Below, one piece after another: positions 28,848 to 42,341 of a DNA stretch of 64,000 nt. Positions within the stretch are counted from its first letter, which is position 1; every line of letters begins with the position of its first letter. The DNA comes from Octopus vulgaris. Lineage: Eukaryota. The notes beneath the pieces were generated by a model. It saw only the letters and a program-made list of their open reading frames with translations, ran no database searches and was not told the origin of the DNA. Where the stretch lies: NCBI GenBank assembly GCA_951406725.2, contig OX597828.1:12710001-12774000 (forward strand), in the 5' to 3' direction. The translations under genes and the position numbers were made by a program.

Positions 28848-29852
28848 TATAGGCTATATATATTATACATACTATATATACTGTGACTGAAGGGATGATG
28901 CTGAGTCGAGTACCAGGCTCCATTCCTGGATAGTTGCTGGAGATCACGTCAGCGAGCTATCGGCAGCTGATGGATCCGATCCAGAAAGTGTAGGATGCTT
29001 TATCGTTTAGTCAAGATTCATGGGCAATTTCGAAGAACCTAGTTTGAAGAAGGTTTCGAAATAAAAAGTTGTCAGAGCTCGAATGTACCCTAGTCCTTCC
29101 TTGGTAACAGTTCCTCGCTTTTATAAGTGTGGGCTGTCATTATTTGTGTTTCTTTTGTGTAACATCATGCTTTTGCTGCAAACGCCGTTTGTTATGTGTG
29201 TGCGCGTATATTAATATTTCCGTCTATGTGTGTATGTACGTACGTTCTGCTTTGTTTTTAATTATTTAAATTCTTCCACTGAGGAAGAAGCTGGTTTCTA
29301 ACAAAGATGTAAAGTTTCATCAACAGAAGTGATAGCAAAGCGTATTATAAAGTATGTTATGCGTCTGACAACTCATATCAATCACACCACCCTTATGAAA
29401 CGAATTGTGGTGAAATTCTTAGACAGAAAAGCACTTTCATGCAAAAATTAAATGGATGGAGAGATATAAGAGAAAAAAAAATATTGGAGTGGAATCAAGT
29501 TAGAAATTAGACAAATATTTTTCAATTATTTTTAATTGACAAATATTACAAAGTGTCACAAGGGCGGAAAGTTCCGTGCATGGCCCTTATTAAATTTTGG
29601 CAGATGCTGTGCATGAAACACTCGTGATAAAACAAGCAAGATACATAGAACTCAATATATATATATATATATAATAATAAATATTAGGGAATAAATCCAA
29701 ATTTACAGGGAAAAAAATCAGATTTAGAATTAAATCCAATTTTATAGTAAAATATTATAAAATATTATTAGAGACAAAACCACTATTTTGCAAAACAAAC
29801 AAGGAAAGACTTAATCAATACATAAAATTTTAATAAATAGTCAAAAAAACCG

Positions 29853-29895
29853 CCACTACAATCGTTTCTTGTCTTGATCGACAATCTTCAGGTGG
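29853..29895 (-). ncRNA. Mirror copy of the same hammerhead
   Basis: Exact reverse complement of 29957-29999. Confidence 0.8.
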
Positions 29896-29956
29896 ACTTC
29901 AATAAGTCAGTTTCAAATTATAAAGTCTTTATAATTTGAAACTGACTTATTGAAGT

Positions 29957-29999
29957 CCACCTGAAGATTGTCGATCAAGACAAGAAACGATTGTAGTGG
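29957..29999 (+). ncRNA. Minimal type-I hammerhead ribozyme (canonical core)
   Basis: CCAC-CUGAAGA-UUGUC(GAUCAA)GACAA-GAAA-CGAUUG-UA-GUGG. Confidence 0.8.
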
Positions 30000-30086
30000 C
30001 GGTTTTTTTGACTATTTATTAAAATTTTATGTATTGATTAAGTCTTTCCTTGTTTGTTTTGCAAAATAGTGGTTTTGTCTCTAATA

Positions 30087-30120
<34 letters not shown>

Positions 30121-30124
<4 letters not shown>

Positions 30125-30238
30125 TAATCCAAACATGAAAACACAAAGAGAAAACACAACGCGAGGACGTGGAACAAGTATAGTGTTATTGGACGCTCAG
30201 GAAAGGAAAGAAAGAAGGAGGATTTAACGTTTCGAGCG
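30121..30238 (-). mobile_element. Penelope-like 3' fragment between TA arrays
   Basis: Starts with half-hammerhead CGCTC-GAAACGTTA; related to 52360-52572 (shared TTCCTGAGCG..CA.TA motif). Confidence 0.55.
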
Positions 30239-30283
<45 letters not shown>

Positions 30284-30629
30284 ATGTATATATATATATA
30301 CACATATATACATATATATACATATATATATACATACATTCATACATATATACATATATATATATATATACAGGCGTATATATACATACATATATATATA
30401 TATATTCATACATATACATATATACATATATATATATATACATAAATATATATATCCATATATATATATACATACGTATGTATATATACATATATATATG
30501 TATATACAAGCATTATATATATATATACATACATATACATATATATACATACATATACATATATACATATATATACACATATATATATATACATATATAA
30601 GGTGTGTGTGTGTGTGTGTGTGTGTGTAT

Positions 30630-31578
30630 TGAGAGGACCCAAAAGAAAGCGCAATTTTGCTATATTATTTTATTCACTTAGTTTTACATGTTTACACTTT
30701 TATCGTCTTCAAATTATTCACCATTTGAAGCAATGCATCGGTCCAGGCGCGTTTTCCACTGTTCGAATCAGTGCTGGAACTCTTGCAAAGTGATGCATTT
30801 CATCACCTCTGCCGTTTCTTCCTTCACATCTTCTACATCTGCAAATTCCGTAGTACCAGCTTTCGTTACCAATGATGACCACCGAATAAAGGTCCGGACA
30901 AACTTTTATCTGTCCTTTCAGTTCACGACACTCATTCAGTCGTGACTGCTTCTGATCTTCCGTGAGCAAGCGAGGCACAAATTTTGCAGCAACTTTTTTC
31001 ATTCGCAGTTCCTCGCTCAAAATTCATTGGCAGGAGCTCCGGGGCACACCATTCATATCAACAAGTTCGTCAACTGTTCGGTGGTGGTCGCCCAAGATGA
31101 GTTCATGAGTTTCCATGATGTTTTCGTTCGTTCGGGAGGTGGACGGACGCTCTGAACGAGGTTGGTCTTCAAGCGACAACTGACCGTTCCTAAAGAGTGA
31201 AAACCACTCGTAAACTTGTGTTTTACTCATGGTAGCGTCCTTGTAAGCTGCTAGAAGCATGATAACTGTTTCGGTCGCCGTTTTCCCCAGCAGAAAACAG
31301 AATTTCACGGAAGCACGCTGTTGCTTCATTTCAGCCATTGGAAACATCGACGGTCAAGGGAGAAGCACTGCAAAACAAAGGCGCAACACGTGGCCGTAGG
31401 ACTACACCGAACGACACCGATCGGCATACTGATGCCTGGGGGTCGCATCAAGTGGCTTCTAGCAGCGGAAGCCTGAACTACAAAGGGCTTGTCCCACAGG
31501 CTTCTAACAGCGGAAACCTGAACTACAATGGGCTTGTCCCACAGAGAACGTTTCAGGTTACTTTGGGGTCCCCCCTCG
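30630..31578 (-). mobile_element. Internally deleted mariner
   Basis: QRASVKFCFLLGKTATET, KTQVYEWF, AAKFVPRLLT, IIGNESWYYG, then a jump to the 3' end; decayed TIRs (C/T)GAG(G/A)GGACCC..AAG; 45-bp tandem duplication at 31454-31543. Confidence 0.88.
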
Positions 31579-31932
31579 TGTGCATGTGAGTGTGTATGTA
31601 TATATACGCATATATATCATACTTCAAGCAGATATACTGTTGGAAGCCTGCTAAAATGCAGTATTCGTCTCGAGAAAGCATATCTTATAGGCATAAAGTG
31701 TTAAAAACAGAAATATGTCAACACCAGGCAAAATTCGTCCAGTAGCGGCACTGGCAATGCTAAATACGTATTTCTACTTCCTGAACTTCGTCAGTAACAT
31801 GTATTCACTGGCAACGCATTCTAAGAAAAAATCGGCCACTAACTGATATAGTTAGACAGTAACAGAAATATCACCGATAACACATATAGTCGTCATGCTA
31901 CATTATTATTAGCAACGGAAGCAGTATTCGTT

Positions 31933-32277
31933 CAAAATAGCAATCCGTGTATCATACTTGAGGCAAATCTATTGTTAAAAGCGTGCTAAACTGCAGTATC
32001 TGTCTAGACAAATAAGCATTTGAAATCGGGAATTCGAAAAGTGAAGCAAAATAGCAATCCGTGTATCATACTTGAGGCAAATCTATTGTTAAAAGCGTGC
32101 TAAACTGCAGTATCTGTCTAGACAAATAAGCATTTGAAATCGGGAATTCGAAAAGTGAAGCAAAATAGCAATCCGTGTATCATACTTGAGGCAAATCTAT
32201 TGTTAAAAGCATGCTAAACTGCAGTATCTGTCTAGACAAATAAGCATTTGAAATCGGGAATTCGAAAAGTGAAGCAA
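31933..32277 (+). repeat. 114-bp tandem repeat x3
   Basis: Units start at 31933, 32047 and 32161 and are nearly identical; diverged partial unit at ~31614-31685. Confidence 0.95.
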
Positions 32278-32940
32278 CAGGAAAATACATCGACCTTCAT
32301 TTTTTTAATTTTTTTTTTTCGTTTTTGGTATAGAAAAAAGCAAATCTGTTATGCAGAGGAATAAATATCATCTTAACAAAGGATTTAGATTTCGAGAAGC
32401 TGTTGAAAAGTGCTTTTGTTTTTCTTGTCTAAGCCGACGATAGACAAGACAATCATTGCAGTTAATGTTGAGAAAATCTCATTTAGTTCACGATAAAATA
32501 TTTCCTTTTTCAATGAAACTCAAACTAGAATAAACCTAGAATAAAACCTGATAAAACTATAGCCACGTCCATGATAATGCTTTTGCTTCTATTCTGTCCG
32601 TTCTGTTAGATAACATGTCAAAGTTTTTACTCTTTATTTTTTTAAGTTATAGAAATTAGCCAATGGCCTACTGATACTTCTTGCATTAAATAGATTAGAG
32701 TGAATAAATTTGAGATTCTTAATATATTGATTTCTCACATTAGTAGAAGTAATATATCTCGAGAAAAAAAAAAACTTCACATCATTATGTCGTCTGTCCT
32801 TTACAAATTTGACATGTCAGACTACCGAGAGTGAATCCGCAGAAGAGCAGGTTTTTTTAGATATAATAGCTTCTCTCTCTTTTTCTTTCTATCTCTCCTT
32901 CTCTCTCTTAATCTCTCTCTTTCTCTCTCTCTCTCTCTCT

Positions 32941-32977
<37 letters not shown>

Positions 32978-33772
32978 CTGTTATCTTTTTTGCATTGGCT
33001 TGGATAAACAAACCAGCCCATCCATCTTATCTTTCCCTCTCTTCCTTTCACTCACTCTTTCTCTCCCTATCTGTCTCTCTATTTCCGTCGTTATATAGAG
33101 TCACTTGTGTAAATTTATAACCGATTAAATGCACACAAACACACACAAACACACATATTTATATATATATACATCTAAACACACATACATACACATCCTC
33201 GTAAAACTAGTCGTACAGAAAGTAATGCTAAGGTAAGCCAAACTTTCTCTTTTTAACAGACATAAATCGTTAAAATTGCACAAGTTTACAGTGTAACTTT
33301 TCTTCTTTACATATTTACCGCTCAACATTTTCGCATTCCCATCACAAGCGAAGCAGTTGCACCAACAATGATCCCAACACTCAAATCTTCTTTTAAAAGA
33401 AATCTGATATGAACTGCTCTATTCACTTCTTCTCAGCCTTTTCACCGAAGCTGTGCCATTCAAATCGATGTCCCCGAAGATTGCCCTCAAATGGAGTGAA
33501 CAGGTGAAAGTCAGCGGGGCCATTTCTAGGGCTGCCTATTCGATAGAGTAACCAATGACCAAGCCAATTTTCCATTTGCCTAGTATGTTACAAAAGGTGC
33601 GTGTGTGTGTAGTTGCGCTTTGTCAAGTTGCGCTTTGTCAAGGTGAATGTGAATTGCTTTCAGATACTTTTTCAGTCTGTTCTTTCTAATAGCTTCTCCG
33701 CGTGTTTTGAGTGTCTCAATGTACCGCTCACTATTTATGGAACAGCTATTTGCGTTCTTGTCCCATTTTGTA

Positions 33773-33809
<37 letters not shown>

Positions 33810-34033
33810 CTCTGAGCGAGAATAAATCTCTGAGCGAGGTATAAAGGTTGAAGACGGGAAGGATGGCTTCCCTTTGCAAATACTGATAGGGCACAGAACG
33901 TGTGTCTATAGCCAGCTGGAGGAGGTGTTCTCCTGGGGCTACAAGTTACAGTGACATCTACCCTTAGGGGTTAGCCATATTTAAATGGCAAATATACTTC
34001 ACCTATATATATATATATATATATGTACGTATG

Positions 34034-34073
<40 letters not shown>

Positions 34074-34132
34074 CGGCGTACGTACACTTTGTTCTCTCTC
34101 TATATGTGTGTGTGTGTGTGCGTGTGTGTGTT

Positions 34133-34222
<90 letters not shown>

Positions 34223-34814
34223 TGTGTTTGTCCCGCTACCATTTCTTGGCAACTGATGGAGTTGTGCTTACGTTCTCGTAAGAGACCGTTAGAATAAGTA
34301 CTAGGCTTACAAAGAATAAGCCCTTGGGTCGATTTCTTTGACTAAAGGCGCGGCTCCAGTATGGCCGCAGTCCAATGACTGACACAAGTGAAAGAATAAA
34401 AGAATAAAAGAATTTGCCAAAAAGAAGAATTAACATACCTGACTGAATGCAAATGAAGTCGCAGGTGTTACATCAGAGTTTGCTTTTCTTAGAGAGATGT
34501 CTAAACAAAGCCTAGAGACCTCTCACTCTCAACTGTTATATGGCAGCGGATTTTAGGTCAGTTCATTCATAGAGATATTGCTAATATTTAGCCCAGTACA
34601 ACCTGTTGCATGATCGGGCCGTCAGACACTAAATCGGCAACCTTCCCAAACCTGTTCTGTAAGGTGGTGGGGTTTCGTTGGACCCCCTGCAGGTCGAAAA
34701 ACGAAACACACATCCATACATACAAACATTCAAAAAATTATACATACATTCATGTACATACAAGCATACAAATATACATATATATGTACCTGCGTACATG
34801 CACAGACACAGACA

Positions 34815-35329
34815 TGACGATGGCTGTTCACTCATGACCGAGGAACGACCATCACTGATTTTTGTCTATGCAAGGTTTCAGCAATACCTGCGGTCGGCTC
34901 CACCCGGCCTCATACCTGTTGCTCCCATGCTCGCCGCGTCCTCCTCCCTGTTCGACTGAGATTCAGAGAGTCGCTTTACAAACGATATTGCAAGGAAAAC
35001 GTCCCCAAAATCTCCAGTGCCATTCCTTGCATGTCTGGTTTTATATCAGTGACCTTCTCCTAGAGACATGCTTAAACAAAAGCTGAGGAGTGTCTCACTC
35101 CAAATGCTCTTCCAGCACGCCAGACACCAACCTGGAATTTCTGTGCAATTGGTAGATAGTCCTTAAACCTACACTAAGTTCATCCAGTCTTTTGACAGGT
35201 CTTGTTTTTAATCCTGTTGGGTTTCTAGCAACCTTCCTCATCAGACGAGCTTAGTGGAAGCGCCGGTTTAGTTGCCGACGAACCGACCATGCTCTGGATT
35301 CCATGTCGCCAGTAACACTCTTGAGAGGC

Positions 35330-35331
<2 letters not shown>
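34815..35331 (-). mobile_element. Bipartite RTE derivative
   Basis: 5' GGTCGG...GGCAACTAAACCGGC and GTCTCTAGGAGAAGG motifs; tail ...GAACAGCCATCGTCAT; related 5' pieces at 34480-34705. Confidence 0.55.
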
Positions 35332-35360
<29 letters not shown>

Positions 35361-35498
35361 CATACATACATACATACATACATACATACATACATACATG
35401 CATACATACATACATACATGCATACATGCATGCATGCATGCATGCATGCATACATACATACATACATACATACATACATACATACATACATACATACA

Positions 35499-35531
<33 letters not shown>

Positions 35532-35865
35532 GCATACATTCATGCATGCATACACACATAGGGAGGAAGTCGACTTGTGACCGAGTATGACCACTTTTTA
35601 AACTCATTTAATTCTAAGAAATATCTCACGTTCTGTCTCCCCACCGCTGACGTCTCATATCGATTCTGAGGTCTCTACAAAGGACCTACAAGTAACTCCA
35701 CACCGAACACAAGTCAGCCTTCGAGCAACAGCTCGACCGTCTGAATATTGAGGACTACACTGCCAGGTGAATCTACCGGCCGACTCACACATTCTTCTAT
35801 ACAAGGTGCACGACTGATCATGCAGAATATCACATTGGTGGATGTACATAAATATCTACATATAA

Positions 35866-35895
<30 letters not shown>

Positions 35896-35899
<4 letters not shown>

Positions 35900-36209
35900 A
35901 GGCGCAATGGCCTAGTGGTTAGGGCAGCGGACTCGCGGTCGTAGGATCGTGGTTTCGATTCCCAGACCGGGCGTTGTGAGTTTATTGAGCGAAAACACCA
36001 AAAGCTCCACGAAGCTCCGGCAGGGGATGGTGGCGATCCATGCTGTACTCTTTCGCCACAACTTTCTCTCCTTCTTCTGTTGGCCTGCTCGCTTAGCCAG
36101 CGGGGTGGCGTCATTTAAAGGCCAAAACAATGCGAAGCGCATTGTGACCAGCGATATGTAGCAACATCTGATAGTCTGGTCGGTTGCGGTAATCACGGTG
36201 ATCACGGTG

Positions 36210-36211
<2 letters not shown>
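35896..36211 (+). mobile_element. tRNA-head SINE, tail type C ending (CACGGTGAT)n
   Basis: Same head and middle as 4869/39536; different 3' end after ACAACTTTCTCTC. Confidence 0.85.
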
Positions 36212-36242
<31 letters not shown>

Positions 36243-36800
36243 CTCTTCTTCCGCGCCCACTTCTATTGTCCATAAAGATTAGTCCACAATATACGACATT
36301 ATGCACACAGTACTAGCCAATCCAACTCGCCATTGATCCCTATCCGTAACAACATCCCTAGCTTCATTAAATCAACTATTGCCTTGGGCTAGATCCCCAC
36401 AAACATGTGAAATTAATTTTATTCTTTCCCAAACTTTCTGTAGCCTGAAGTTTATGAATCCAAACAGTAACCAGAAATGTATTTGGTATTCTCAAAGCAT
36501 GTTTAATCAAAATTTATCTCTTTGAAAGTAAAAATATTAGCTGGAAACGCTTGCACTCTCGCCGCTCGCTATGCAATCCGTAAAAAAAAAACAAGAACTA
36601 GAGCCATATTCAGCGTTTATCTCTTTTGCTAGCGCTGGTTTATTATTCAAGCCTCGCTACTATAGAACAGAACTGTTTCAATACAAGCTTTGAAGAGTTG
36701 CATTTTAATTACTTCCCTGATTGAATAATCCCACATAAAGTAATGTTTGCATGCTGCTACCCATGTTAATTGATGTCTTGTTCTAAAAGCATGGATAAAT
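36243..36800 (-). mobile_element. Degenerate RTE-like LINE C-terminal fragment
   Basis: KMQLFKACIETVLFYSSEA resembles the RTE motif LF.ACVESVLLYG.E.W. Confidence 0.5.
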
Positions 36801-36953
36801 CCAAACCTACACATGTACATACAAACAGGCAACCATACATGTGTACTGATTGTGTGTGCGTGCGCAACTGTGTGTGTATGTGTGTGTGTACATATGTATA
36901 CATATATACATATATATATGTATGTCTATATATCTATATATACACATACATAT

Positions 36954-37021
<68 letters not shown>

Positions 37022-37237
37022 ATATAAGTTAGAAAAATACGAAATATCTTAACAAATATATTCTGGTGTGAATAAAATAAAATAAAATATTATATATATA
37101 TATATATATATCCAGCAGTTTGAGTTTGTTTTCTTTTTGTTTTAGAATCATAACTAACCCGTACTGTATGAATTGAAATAATTTTTTTTAAAGTAGTTCT
37201 ACGTGCATTCATGAATTTATTTCCATTGATCCTTATA

Positions 37238-37381
37238 CACTGCGTCCCACATTATTAGGCACATCAACTTTCCCTCAATTAATAAATGTATATTCGTTCA
37301 AAACCAGTTGTTTTCCCACTGACTGTTAGCAACACCTATATTGAGATAAGCTTGATTTGCCTAATAATGTGGGACGCAGTG
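37238..37381. mobile_element. Tc1/mariner-type MITE, 144 bp
   Basis: Perfect 24-bp TIR CACTGCGTCCCACATTATTAGGCA; TA TSDs. Confidence 0.9.
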
Positions 37382-37404
37382 TATACGTAAATAGATAGTT
37401 ATAC

Positions 37405-37885
37405 AGAATTTGAACTCAGAACGCATAGAACGAAATGCAGCTAAACATTTTGCCTGACATGTTAACGATTCTGCCAGCTCGCCGCCTTCTATTGCGCTCA
37501 GATATTGATTTCAAATTTTGGCACAAGGCCAACGATTTCAGGGAAGGGGCTAAGTCGATTACATCGACCCCAGTACTCAACTGGTACTTGTTTTAACCAA
37601 CGCATATAGGAACGAAATGCCGCTAAACATTTTTCCCCGTGTGCTAACGATTCTTATTTCTTTACTGCCCACAAGGGGCTAAACACAGAGGGGACAAACA
37701 AGGACAGACAAACGGATTAAGTCGATTACATCGACCCTAGTGCGTAACTGGTATTTATTTAATCGACCCCGAAAGGATGAAAGGCAAAGTCGACCTCGGC
37801 AGAATTTGAACTCAGAACGTAACGGCAGACGAAATAACGCTAAGCATTTCGCCCGTGCTAACGATTCTGATAGCTCACTGCCTTC
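37405..37885 (-). mobile_element. Cluster of Meta-domain-like SINE copies
   Basis: Three partial or full units of the family. Confidence 0.8.
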
Positions 37886-38128
37886 AAACATTGGGCACAG
37901 GAAATTTCTCCAATAATCACCAACCTTTTTAATATTTTGCTCTCTCCTGGAATTTGTCGTTTGGGAGCATGTTTCAGCGTGTCCCAATTCCAAAGAAAAC
38001 AAGACCTCTGACCCAGCAAACTATTGTCCTATTCCTCTCATCTCACGAATCTCTAAGGTTTTGGATACAACCATTATCAATGATGGTCACCAACAACTTG
38101 ACCCTCACACGTTGTCTTTCCCTCTATT

Positions 38129-38199
<71 letters not shown>

Positions 38200-38390
38200 A
38201 TTCATACACACACACATACACACACTCGCCTAAGTGACCTCCAGTACGGCTGTCGCGGAACCAGATCTACAGGGAACTAATTCTCTCACGTCACTCACCA
38301 GTAGGCTATCGCTTCAGACAAGTTCAGTGAAAAGAATGCTGCTGCCGCCGACATCAACGAAACCTTCGCTCTCTCGAGACCTTCGCCCCA
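37886..38390 (+). mobile_element. Degenerate CR1/Jockey-like RT fragment
   Basis: PIPKK..SDPANYCPIPLISRISKVL and LSDLQYGCRGTRSTG motifs; interrupted by (CT)n. Confidence 0.65.
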
Positions 38391-38414
38391 TGCATGCATA
38401 CATACATACGTACT

Positions 38415-38459
<45 letters not shown>

Positions 38460-38522
38460 GTGCACGCACACATATATACTTTATACATATATAATTATAT
38501 ATATATGTTTATATATATATAT

Positions 38523-39135
38523 ACTTTTATTCTTTTACTTGAATCAGTCATATGACTGCGGCCATGTTAGAGCCCCGCTATTAGTCGAAGAAATCGACCC
38601 AAGGACTTATTCTTTGTAAGCCTAGTACTTAATCTATCGATCTCTTTTTGCAGAACCGCAGTTACAGGAACGTAAACACACCAGCAGCGGTTGTCAAGCG
38701 ATAATGGGGGGGGGACAAACACGAAGACAAAGACACGCACATAAATATATACATATATAGAAAGGTATACATACATACATACATACATACATACATACAT
38801 ACATACATACATACATACGTACGTCCGTCCGTCCGTCCGTACATACATACATACATACATACATACATACATACATACATACATACATACATACATACAT
38901 ACATACATACATACATACATACATACATACATACATACATACATACATACATACATACATACATACGATGGTCTTTCAATATATATACCAAATCCACTCA
39001 CAAGGCTTTGGTCGGCCTGAGACTATAGTAGTTTCTAACTTAGAAACCAAACCATCTCTTGCCCTAGGTGCCACTTAGTGGGATTGAACCTGGAACCATG
39101 TGGTTAGGAAGCAAGCTTCTTACCACACAGCCATG
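38523..39135 (-). mobile_element. CORE-type SINE with expanded (CATA)n
   Basis: Family motifs. Confidence 0.85.
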
Positions 39136-39535
39136 CCATCACGAGCTCGATCAGATGCTCGTGGAATCTAACTCTCTCCATGTCGTTAAAAACGGAAGAA
39201 TGTGTAATAGTACCAAAAGCTTATGTAGAAAGACACAAATGTAGCCGTATGGCAGAACGTTTGCTTCTCAACCACATGGTTCTAGGTTCAGTCCCACTGT
39301 GTGGCACCTTGGGGCAAGTGATTAGCTACTGCCTAAAACTGCTATCAAGAAATTTATTCCTATGCGGCATCAAATAGATATTAAACCTATATACCATGCC
39401 CTCTGTAGAAAGAACCACCAGAAATAAATATATAATTATATTTAGAAAAATCATTATACACCACTGAACCTGTCCTGAGACGGTTCGTTAATGCCGACGG
39501 TTGCGGTTGAAGCACAGAGGGAGCAGCAGGATCAA

Positions 39536-39904
39536 GTGGAGGCGCAATGGCCCAATGGTTAGGGCAGCGGACTCACGATCGGAGGATCGCGGTTTCGATT
39601 CCCAGACCGGGCGTTGTGTGTGTTTATTGAGCGAAAACACCTAAAGCTCCACGAGGCTCCGGCAGGGAGATGTGCGACCCCTGTTGTACTCTTTCGCTCC
39701 AACTTTCTCTCAATTTTTCTTCCTGTTTCTTTTCCCCGACTTCCTATGCAACCGCTGAGCCCTGGATGCGCATTCATCCATCCGTCGATGCTCTCGGTGT
39801 CGGGGGTTGACCTGCTTTCTCTTCTGCGGGTCTTACGAATAGCAAAGGACCACGTTTCGGACTTCTCCTCAGAGGACGAAGACCGCTTCGCTCAACAAAC
39901 AAAC
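39536..39904 (+). mobile_element. tRNA-head SINE, tail type B
   Basis: TSD CAGCAGGATCAAG at 39524-39536 and 39905-39917; matches the 25150-25586 copy. Confidence 0.92.
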
Positions 39905-40078
39905 CAGCAGGATCAAGACTCCAGTGACTGGGGGTGGCTTTGAATGACCTGAATAAGGCTTTTGACATTTCCTCGTTTGTGAGGGTAGCTCGTGAAGGGT
40001 TTCTTGTCGGGATTCTTGTCGGGGTAGAAATGAGCAAACCTATCATCAATATATGTGGAGTTCGCCAAGGAGACACTA

Positions 40079-40144
<66 letters not shown>

Positions 40145-40748
40145 TCTCCAATCCCTGCTCTTCAACATTAACACGACGCGTTTCCCGACGATTATGGAAT
40201 ACAATTTCAAAACATATATCCATACATTCCATTATAAAGATCGGATATAGCCGATTGGGATTGTACAATAGAGCCGGGCCGCCAATCTTGAGCTATTATA
40301 GCTTCGTAATATGTGCCACGATTTCTTTAATTGTTTTAGACGTCTAAAGGCATAGACACCGCTTCGGGCCCATGTTCTCCTTGGTCCGGCAGGACATCCA
40401 AGACGAGACAACAGGATGGGGAGAGAAGGATAGAGAGAGTGAGTGGTGAGAGAGTGAACAGGTGAAAGAGAGTGAGTGGGTGATAGAGTTATAGGGTGAG
40501 AGAGAGTAAGTGGATGAGAGAACGAGGGAGCTGCACAATCATCCGACTGGTCTTAATTTGCACTTAAATAGGTGGGAACAACGTAAAATGAAGTCCCCAG
40601 CTCAAGGACACAATAAACTACATTGTCCAGGAATTGAACCCACGACTTTGGCCGCATGAGCCGAATATCTTAACCACTAGAACACAATCATCGATTGCGA
40701 TAAAAAGCAAAAAAAAACTATGTACTGCTGCGCAGCTCAACATCTCAT

Positions 40749-41257
40749 GTGGAGGCGTAATGGCCCAGAGGTTAGGGCAGCGGACTCGCGGTTGTAAGAA
40801 CGCGGTTTCGATTCCCAGACCGGGCATTGTGAGTGTTTATCGAGCAGAAACACCTAGGCTCCACGAGGATCCGGCGGGGGAGGGTGGTGAACCCCGCTGT
40901 ACTCTTTCACCACAACTTTCTCTCACTCTTTCTTCCTAATTCTGCCACAAAGCAGAGGAACCATGGTGTAACCCACTATGGTGTGGTAAACTTTCAGACC
41001 CTAGTCTAGATTGCGAATCCTCTGGACCCCAGGATGGTCCAGCTCTCCAACCGTTAAAATCCACCGTTTACGGGACGAGGATAACAACGTAGGTTTCGCG
41101 CCCGTGCAACCGCCAGTCTATCGCGTGTGGAGGGTGGATGTTCAAGTTGCCACACGCATTCTTAGTAGCTTAGAGTAGGCTCAAATTAGAGATTATTCTT
41201 TGTGGCTAATGGCCTGAGTCCTGACTGGAAGAAGAAGAACAACAACAACAACAACAA
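40749..41257 (+). mobile_element. tRNA-head SINE, tail type A
   Basis: TSD CAACATCTCA at 40738-40747 and 41258-41267; (GAA)n then (CAA)n tail. Confidence 0.92.
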
Positions 41258-41858
41258 CAACATCTCACAATGCCAAGGCCCCCAAAATGGTTTACTTGAG
41301 GCTACGCTGCAGCAGTTAATACAAAGCAATAAGGCCTGCTATAGCTGGAGAATCCCGCTGACTCCCTAAAATTGGGTAGCAGTCATCCAGCTGTGCAACT
41401 CATACAGGACCACTATAGGGTCCATCATGGATAAGTTCTTGCATCACATACCCCGTCAAACTTTCTGCTGGAGGTAAGCAGCATTTCATTCTAAATTACA
41501 AAACGTAAAATCTTCAATCGCATTAAAATTTACAAATTTTCGAGTTAGGTCACAAAATCCTTCAATTATAATCTGATAAAAAAAAATTGCGGCTTTCAAT
41601 TAAAGACACCATTTGATTCGCAGTCTGCATATTCAACCCATTGGCGTAACAGTGAAACCGTAAAAGACTTTTCTGAAATCCAAGATGGAAATTTCCAACT
41701 GTTATTGTCTTCTACATTAAACGCGAAAGGCTTTGTTTTCTAACTTGGAAACCAAACCATCTCTTTCTTTATTAAAATTTCAATTATTTTCTTTTTAAGT
41801 GAAAACACACATAAACACACACATAAACACACACACAAACACATACATACACACACAT

Positions 41859-41907
<49 letters not shown>

Positions 41908-41920
41908 CATATATATATAC

Positions 41921-41966
<46 letters not shown>

Positions 41967-42011
41967 GCATGTATGTATGTATGTATGTATGTATGTACGT
42001 ATGCATGTATG

Positions 42012-42051
42012 TATACACATATCTACATGTATGTCCACACATATACATATG

Positions 42052-42099
<48 letters not shown>

Positions 42100-42132
42100 T
42101 ATATAAACATCAATATCCATTAATATATATGT

Positions 42133-42212
<80 letters not shown>

Positions 42213-42247
42213 ATATATATTAATGGATATTGATGTTTATATATATA

Positions 42248-42301
<54 letters not shown>

Positions 42302-42341
42302 CATATGTATATGTGTGGACATACATGTAGATATGTGTATA
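42012..42341. repeat. Inverted duplication centred on a (TA)n tract
   Basis: Unique words AAACATCAATATCCATTAAT / ATTAATGGATATTGATGTTT and ATCTACATGTATGTCCAC / GTGGACATACATGTAGAT are mirrored. Confidence 0.9.

Larger units (their letters stand above)
29672..30096. mobile_element. Penelope-like fragment forming a perfect inverted repeat in (TA)n
   Basis: 170-bp arms at 29756-29925 and 29927-30096 with a 1-nt spacer; each arm carries a hammerhead motif. Confidence 0.8.

Noticed and set aside
31933-32277. CRISPR or coding repeat
   Set aside because: Identical 114-bp units with no unique spacers and no convincing ORF.
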